A stretch of 64,000 bases of DNA, taken from assembly GCA_029260165.1 (NCBI GenBank), contig JAJDDT010000097.1:11099-75098 (forward strand), in the 5' to 3' direction. The position numbers and the translations under genes are program-made. The notes beneath the pieces were generated by a model. It searched no databases. It worked only from the letters and a program-made list of their open reading frames with translations, and was not told where the DNA came from. Source of the stretch: Phycisphaerae bacterium. Its GTDB lineage: Bacteria; Planctomycetota; Phycisphaerae; UBA1845. Positions 58,823-64,000 of the stretch are shown piece after piece (within the stretch, counting starts at the first letter, position 1; each line of letters opens with the position of its first letter).

Positions 58823-59530
58823 CTAATCGGTGTCGAGGTCTTTTGTGATTTGGCCGTCTTTCAACGAAACGCAACGATGGGCATACGAAGCCGACTGTGC
58901 ATCGTGCGTGACCATGACGATTGTCTGCCCCTGGTCATTCAAGCCAGCCAAAAGATCAAGTATCCCTTTGCCGGTTCTGCGATCAAGGTTACCTGTAGGT
59001 TCATCGGCGAGCAAGAGCCTTGGGCTGTTCACCAATGCTCGTGCAATGGCGGCACGTTGACGCTCACCACCGGAAAGTTCTGTGGGACGGTGACTTGCGC
59101 GATTCTTCAGCCCGACAAGATCGACAATTTCATACGCTTTTTCACGCGCTTTGCCCTTCAAGGAAGGCCAACTCAAGACCCCCTCGGCCACCATGCGCGG
59201 CAGGAGGACATTCTCCAGAACGGTCAGTTCAGGCAACAAATGGTAAAATTGAAAAATGAACCCAATCTGCAAACAGCGAATTCGCTCACGCTCGCGATTT
59301 GACAGCGAGAAAAGATCAACGCCGTCGTAGACAACCGAACCTGCGTCCGGAATATCCAGTGCCCCGAGAATATGCATCAACGTACTCTTCCCGGAACCGC
59401 TCGCACCCCGAATGGCGAGGAATTCACCTGCGTTGATGGACACCGACACCCCGTGCAGCACTTCAAGTGTCGCTTTACCCATCTGGTAGCGTTTTTGGAC
59501 GTTGTTGGCGCGAAGCAGGACTTTACTCAT
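58823..59530 (-). CDS. lolD: LolD-like ABC transporter ATP-binding protein
   Basis: GASGSGKST, GFIFQFYHLL, LSGGERQR, ADEPTGNLD. Confidence 0.9.
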   Translation of the reverse strand: MSKVLLRANNVQKRYQMGKATLEVLHGVSVSINAGEFLAIRGASGSGKSTLMHILGALDIPDAGSVVYDGVDLFSLSNRERERIRCLQIGFIFQFYHLLPELTVLENVLLPRMVAEGVLSWPSLKGKAREKAYEIVDLVGLKNRASHRPTELSGGERQRAAIARALVNSPRLLLADEPTGNLDRRTGKGILDLLAGLNDQGQTIVMVTHDAQSASYAHRCVSLKDGQITKDLDTD

Positions 59531-61100
59531 AACGGAGCGCTTTCACAGGCCAAACCCGTCCGGCGATGATGGCGGGAATCAGCGCGCCGATGCCTGACGC
59601 GACGATGGCGATCGCGCAGATGACCAGCACCTCGTCGAGTTTGACGACATTTGGAATGCTGTCGAACGAGTAAACGTCCGGACTCCAGACGCGTAAATCC
59701 TTGTCGAGGCTGACGAGCCAGTTCTGAATGTCGTTGATGTACCAGACAAAAACGGCACCGGACACCGCCCCGAGGATGGCCCCCAGAACCCCGACGGCGA
59801 TCCCGAAACTGACGAAAATCATGGCCACGCCTTGTGCGGAGGCACCAATACTCTTGATGATTCCGATATCCCGCGTTTTCTGAACAACGATCATCCAGAA
59901 AATACACCCGATCAGGACGACGGCGACGAGGCTGATGACGCCGAACAACGCGGTAACGAGAATTCGTTCCTTCTCGACCGCGGCGATGAACTGAATCTGC
60001 ATTTCCTCCCACGTCTGAACGTCGACCATTTGCATCAGGCGATAGTCAAATCGGCTGACACGGTCCGATAACAAATCCCGGAATTTTTCCCACTCGGTTC
60101 CGATGCGTTTTCGCCCCTCAACGATGTCGACGCCGGGCTTGAGGCTGATGAGCAGTTGGGACGCACGAGCGGGTGTTTTCCCGCCGTCTTCGAGGAGTTG
60201 CGGAGACATCAGCAGCCAGTCCTGAAGACGCTTGAAATCGACATAGCAACAGACGTCGTCGATTTCAAACACGCGTGTTCGAGAATCGTCGGCCAATCGC
60301 GTCACGACCGTCGTGGCTCCTTCGATACCGACCTTGCCGCTAAGCGTCAGCGGCAGAATAGTCAGGATCATCTTGTCGCCACGTCGGTAGACACGATCGT
60401 AGGCTCCGGTTTCCGGAATACGCTCGTTGATGATGTTGCAACCAACGATGACACCGGGGGCTTTGTCTCGTTCATTTCCGAAATAGCCCGGCTCGCCGTC
60501 GAAATTGACGTCAAACGTTCCGGGGCCTGGAAACCTTCTGTTTGGCAGTCGTTTCCATTCCTTCAGTTGCTCGTCATCGGGATGTGCAAGCGAGTATTTC
60601 TTCAGCGCTGCCTCGTGATCCAGCGGCAGGATGGGTGTGTCCAACTCGTCGAAACCGATGAATGGCTTGTACTGTTCGCCGAGAGTTGTGGTCCCCCTGT
60701 AATACTTGTCATAGAACAGGCTGTTGCCGAAATCGTTGACCGCGCGGTACTCGTCGAGTCGAATCCCGACGATGCGTACGGGTTTGGTGAACGAACTGGA
60801 TTCGACGCGGAGGATTCCGTAGTTGTAGATAACCGGGGTGGCGGTCTCGACGATGTCGGGCATCGTTTCGTGGAGACGTTCGATGAAATCCTGATAGTAC
60901 GGGAATCCCTGAAGTGTCTTGTTGTCGATGACGATGTCGCTGAGCAGGCCTCGGGAACGCTCCTTGAGCGTGTCGAGAAACCCACCCATCACCGACCCGA
61001 CGATGATGACCATCGCAACGCAAAGCCACACGCTGATGACCGCAAAAACAGCGATGCGCCGCTTGCGCAGGTATCGCAGAGTCAGGAACAGTTTGTACAT
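59523..61100 (-). CDS. LolC/E (FtsX-like) ABC transporter permease
   Basis: LRYLR...SVMGGF, KTRDIGIIKSIGAS, P..ALRYE; adjacent to lolD. Confidence 0.9.
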   Translation of the reverse strand: MYKLFLTLRYLRKRRIAVFAVISVWLCVAMVIIVGSVMGGFLDTLKERSRGLLSDIVIDNKTLQGFPYYQDFIERLHETMPDIVETATPVIYNYGILRVESSSFTKPVRIVGIRLDEYRAVNDFGNSLFYDKYYRGTTTLGEQYKPFIGFDELDTPILPLDHEAALKKYSLAHPDDEQLKEWKRLPNRRFPGPGTFDVNFDGEPGYFGNERDKAPGVIVGCNIINERIPETGAYDRVYRRGDKMILTILPLTLSGKVGIEGATTVVTRLADDSRTRVFEIDDVCCYVDFKRLQDWLLMSPQLLEDGGKTPARASQLLISLKPGVDIVEGRKRIGTEWEKFRDLLSDRVSRFDYRLMQMVDVQTWEEMQIQFIAAVEKERILVTALFGVISLVAVVLIGCIFWMIVVQKTRDIGIIKSIGASAQGVAMIFVSFGIAVGVLGAILGAVSGAVFVWYINDIQNWLVSLDKDLRVWSPDVYSFDSIPNVVKLDEVLVICAIAIVASGIGALIPAIIAGRVWPVKALRYE

Positions 61101-61106
61101 ATGTGG

Positions 61107-62585
61107 TCAGCCCTCCGTGGCCTGACGCGGACGTTGCAGCGGAAACAAGATAACATCGCGAATGCTCTGGCTGTTGGTCAGGAGCATGACAAGCCTGTCG
61201 AGTCCGACACCAAGACCGCCCGCAGGTGGCATACCATATTCGAGAGCGAGAATGAAATCCTCGTCCATGACCGCCATCGTTTCGTCTTTTTTCTCACCAG
61301 CCAGACTGCTGCGGAGGTTTTCCTCCTGGACAATCGGGTCGTTCAATTCGGTGTAGGCGTTTCCGAGTTCCATGCCGTTGACGAACGCTTCAAATCGCAG
61401 AGCGATGTCGGGGTTTTCCGGATGACGTCGTGTCAACGGACAGATGGCGGCTGGGTAGTCGTACACGAAGGTGGGCTGGATCAGTTTGTCCTCCACGGTG
61501 GCTTCAAAAACCTCGTTGGTGACGACGGCGTCGTCCATTTTTTCGTGTTTGATGCCAAGCTCATCCGCTTTCCTGCGGATACCGTCCACGTCGGCCATGT
61601 CAACACCAGCATGTTCGCGAAGCAGGTCCGCATATTTGTGTCTGGCCCAGGGAATCGTGTAATCGATTTCCCTGTCGCCGAAGGGCCGTTTCAGGTTTCC
61701 GTCGAGTCGTTCGATCGCCAGCGCGGTCATGCCCTCGACGCGCTCCATCATGACGTTGTAATCCGCGTAGGCTTCGTACAGCTCAACCATGGTGAATTCG
61801 GGGTTGTGTCTGGTGCTGATCCCTTCGTTGCGGAAGTTGCGACTCACCTCGAAAACGCGTTCCATCCCCCCCACGAGCAGTCGTTTGAGATACAGTTCAG
61901 GGCTGATGCGCAGGAACAGGTTGATGTCCAGCGCGTTATGATGCGTCGTGAAGGGTTTGGCAGCCGCCCCACCGTAGATGGGTTGGAGCGCGGGTGTTTC
62001 AACCTCGATGTAGTCGCAACCGATCAAATAGTCGCGAACCGCCTGGATGATCGTGCTGCGCTGGATGAACGTTTCGCGCACGTCCGGGTTGCTGAATAAA
62101 TCAACGTAGCGATGGCGGTAGCGAAGCTCGACGTCGGTCAGGCCATGCCATTTGGACGGTGGTGGTTGAATGGTTTTGCTGAGAATGGTGACGTTGTCCG
62201 CCCACAGGGTCAGTTCATCGGTTTTGGTTTTTCCGAGATCGCCGTCCGCCCCGATGATGTCGCCGAGGTCGAGCAGTTTCAGCGCAGGCCACTGTTCTTT
62301 CAGCTTTTTTTTGGACAGACCGAACTGGAGATCGCCGGATTGATCGCGAATGGTGAGAAAAATGAGATTCCCCATGACACGCTGCAGGACGATTCTGCCG
62401 GCGACGCGTGCGCGTTCACCTTCGCGGATTTCGCCGGTGTCGATATTGAGGGATTTGGCGCGTTCACGAATCGAACCCGTGGATTCAACATCGTCGAATC
62501 GTCCGCCGTGGGGATCGACACCCATCTCGCGGAGTTTTTCAACCTTGGTGATGCGTTCCTGTCTTAGTTCCTCTTCGTAGGTCAT
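61107..62585 (-). CDS. lysS: Lysine--tRNA ligase (class II)
   Basis: RYRHRYVDL, GGAAAKPF, LRISPELYLKRL, FRNEG...HNPEFT, YGMPPAGGLG.G.DRL. Confidence 0.98.
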   Translation of the reverse strand: MTYEEELRQERITKVEKLREMGVDPHGGRFDDVESTGSIRERAKSLNIDTGEIREGERARVAGRIVLQRVMGNLIFLTIRDQSGDLQFGLSKKKLKEQWPALKLLDLGDIIGADGDLGKTKTDELTLWADNVTILSKTIQPPPSKWHGLTDVELRYRHRYVDLFSNPDVRETFIQRSTIIQAVRDYLIGCDYIEVETPALQPIYGGAAAKPFTTHHNALDINLFLRISPELYLKRLLVGGMERVFEVSRNFRNEGISTRHNPEFTMVELYEAYADYNVMMERVEGMTALAIERLDGNLKRPFGDREIDYTIPWARHKYADLLREHAGVDMADVDGIRRKADELGIKHEKMDDAVVTNEVFEATVEDKLIQPTFVYDYPAAICPLTRRHPENPDIALRFEAFVNGMELGNAYTELNDPIVQEENLRSSLAGEKKDETMAVMDEDFILALEYGMPPAGGLGVGLDRLVMLLTNSQSIRDVILFPLQRPRQATEG

Positions 62586-62690
62586 GATTTCTGCGTTTTT
62601 CGAAGGATGGTTGTTGATTTCTGACCGCGTGGCGGGATGGTAGCAGCATCGCCGTTTGGCGGCAAACGGGGAGTTGCCCGCCCCGCTCAT

Positions 62691-62823
62691 TAGCGCCACT
62701 TATCGTGGGTGACGGGAATGCGAATCGACGTCCGTTTGCAACCGCGCCGCCCACAAGGGGCGACGCTACAGAATGGGTGCCTGCAGGACATCACGATCGT
62801 GCCCACCGATTCTGTCACGCCCT
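62691..62823 (+). repeat. REP/REPIN-like dispersed repeat, family A
   Basis: GTGGGTGACGGGAATGCGAATCGACGTCCGTTTGCAACCGCGCCGCCCACAAGGGGCGACGCTACA... in the lysS/serA intergenic region. Confidence 0.9.
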
Positions 62824-62939
62824 CAACGGTCGAGATATGTGGCTTGTGCTGTTGACGATATTCGCGCATGGGCCGACGATGGCGGTGCGTTGGACGGGGC
62901 GGCGGGGTTGGTGGCTCACTGTTCAGAAAGGTCATGACC

Positions 62940-64000
62940 ATGAAGGTTCTCATCGCGGACAAATTTCAGGAATGGGGCATCGGCTCCCTGAAGGAAGCGG
63001 GTTTCGACGTAACGTGCGATCCGCAATTGCAGGACGACGGGTTACGCGATGCGGCCAGAGAATTCGGCCCGGAAGTGCTGATCGTTCGCAGCACGAAGGT
63101 CCAATCGTCGGTGTTTGAAGCAGCCGACCGCCTGGCGCTCGTGGTTCGTGCGGGGGCTGGTTACAACACGATTGATGTCGGGGCAGCCTCGGATCGGGCG
63201 ATATTCGTAGCCAACTGTCCCGGGAAAAATGCCGTCGCCGTCGCGGAGCTGACGTTCGCGCTGATCCTGTCGCTGGATCGGCGAATCGTCGAAAACGTCG
63301 TCGATCTCCGGAACGGCCAATGGAACAAGAAAGAGTACGGCAAAGCCCGTGGACTGAAAGGACGGACGCTCGGTATCCTGGGGATGGGCATGATCGGACA
63401 GGCCGTGATAGCACGGGCCATGGCGCTCGAAATGAATGTGGCTGCGTGGAGCCGATCGCTGACACCGGAGCAGGCTGAAGCGTTGGGAATCGAGTATTGC
63501 GAATCGCCGGAAGCGGTCGCGGGGGTTTGCGACATTTTGTCCGTTCACGTCGCAGCCACGCCGGAGACGAAGGGTCTGGTCGGTGGCAGCGTTCTTGGAA
63601 AACTGAAACCGGGAAGCTTCGTTATCAACACAGCCCGTGCGGACGTGATGGACTACGACGCTTTGAAAAAGGCCGTTCGGGACAAGGGACTGCGTGTCGG
63701 GGTCGATGTTTTTCCCAACGAGCCGGGCAGCGGCGCGGGCGAATTCGCGCCCGACATCATGAAAGCGGATGGCGTGATCTACGGTTCGCACCACATCGGA
63801 GCCTCGACGGATCAGTCGCAGGACGCCATCGCGAGTGAGGCGGTCCGGATCGTCAAGCATTTCGACGCAACAGGCCGGGTGCTCAATTGCGTCAATCTGC
63901 GAGCCAGTGCAGAGGGTGGGTGCAATCTGACTGTTCGACACGTCAACGCTCCCGGGGTGTTGGCTCATACCCTCAGCGAGCTGCGCTTGGCCGGCCTGAA
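62940..64000 (+). CDS. serA: D-3-phosphoglycerate dehydrogenase-like protein (runs off the window)
   Basis: Manual translation MKVLIADKF...IVRS...RAGAGYNTID...NCPGKNAVAVAEL...LGILGMGMIG...INTARA...HIGAST. Confidence 0.85.
   Translation, partial: MKVLIADKFQEWGIGSLKEAGFDVTCDPQLQDDGLRDAAREFGPEVLIVRSTKVQSSVFEAADRLALVVRAGAGYNTIDVGAASDRAIFVANCPGKNAVAVAELTFALILSLDRRIVENVVDLRNGQWNKKEYGKARGLKGRTLGILGMGMIGQAVIARAMALEMNVAAWSRSLTPEQAEALGIEYCESPEAVAGVCDILSVHVAATPETKGLVGGSVLGKLKPGSFVINTARADVMDYDALKKAVRDKGLRVGVDVFPNEPGSGAGEFAPDIMKADGVIYGSHHIGASTDQSQDAIASEAVRIVKHFDATGRVLNCVNLRASAEGGCNLTVRHVNAPGVLAHTLSELRLAGL

Noticed and set aside
60156-62099. 647-aa plus-strand ORF
   Set aside because: Antisense shadow of lysS and the lolC/E gene.
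63042-63968. 308-aa minus-strand ORF
   Set aside because: Antisense to the serA-like gene starting at 62940.

Overview
Chromosomal window of a high-GC bacterium whose gene content (exosortase/IPTL-type sorting tails, dockerin-like tails, CxxC..CPECG membrane proteins, H1-like protein) suggests Planctomycetota, probably Phycisphaerae (inference). Housekeeping genes: mutS (partial), prfA, rpmE type B, cysS, Xaa-Pro peptidase, accB, accC, ltaE, ilvE, lolD, lolC/E, lysS, serA-like (partial). The most striking locus is a minus-strand cluster at about 46.6-54.5 kb encoding a Vps4/CdvC-like MIT-AAA ATPase, three Snf7/ESCRT-III-like helical proteins (one fused to a winged-helix-containing N-terminus), PspC, a Ser/Thr kinase with zinc ribbons and an SPFH-like/beta-propeller protein: a candidate bacterial ESCRT-III/Vps4 membrane-remodelling system. 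Also present: a RiPP cluster (GDKKCG-repeat precursor, DUF692/MNIO enzyme, DUF2063-like partner), an exosortase H with two IPTL-tailed targets, a ~2,700-aa Cys-rich secreted protein ending in dockerin- and cohesin-like modules, two families of REP/REPIN-like repeats, and a duplicated queC-like gene start. No rRNA, tRNA, CRISPR array or transposase was seen. All calls come from reading motifs by eye; no searches were run.
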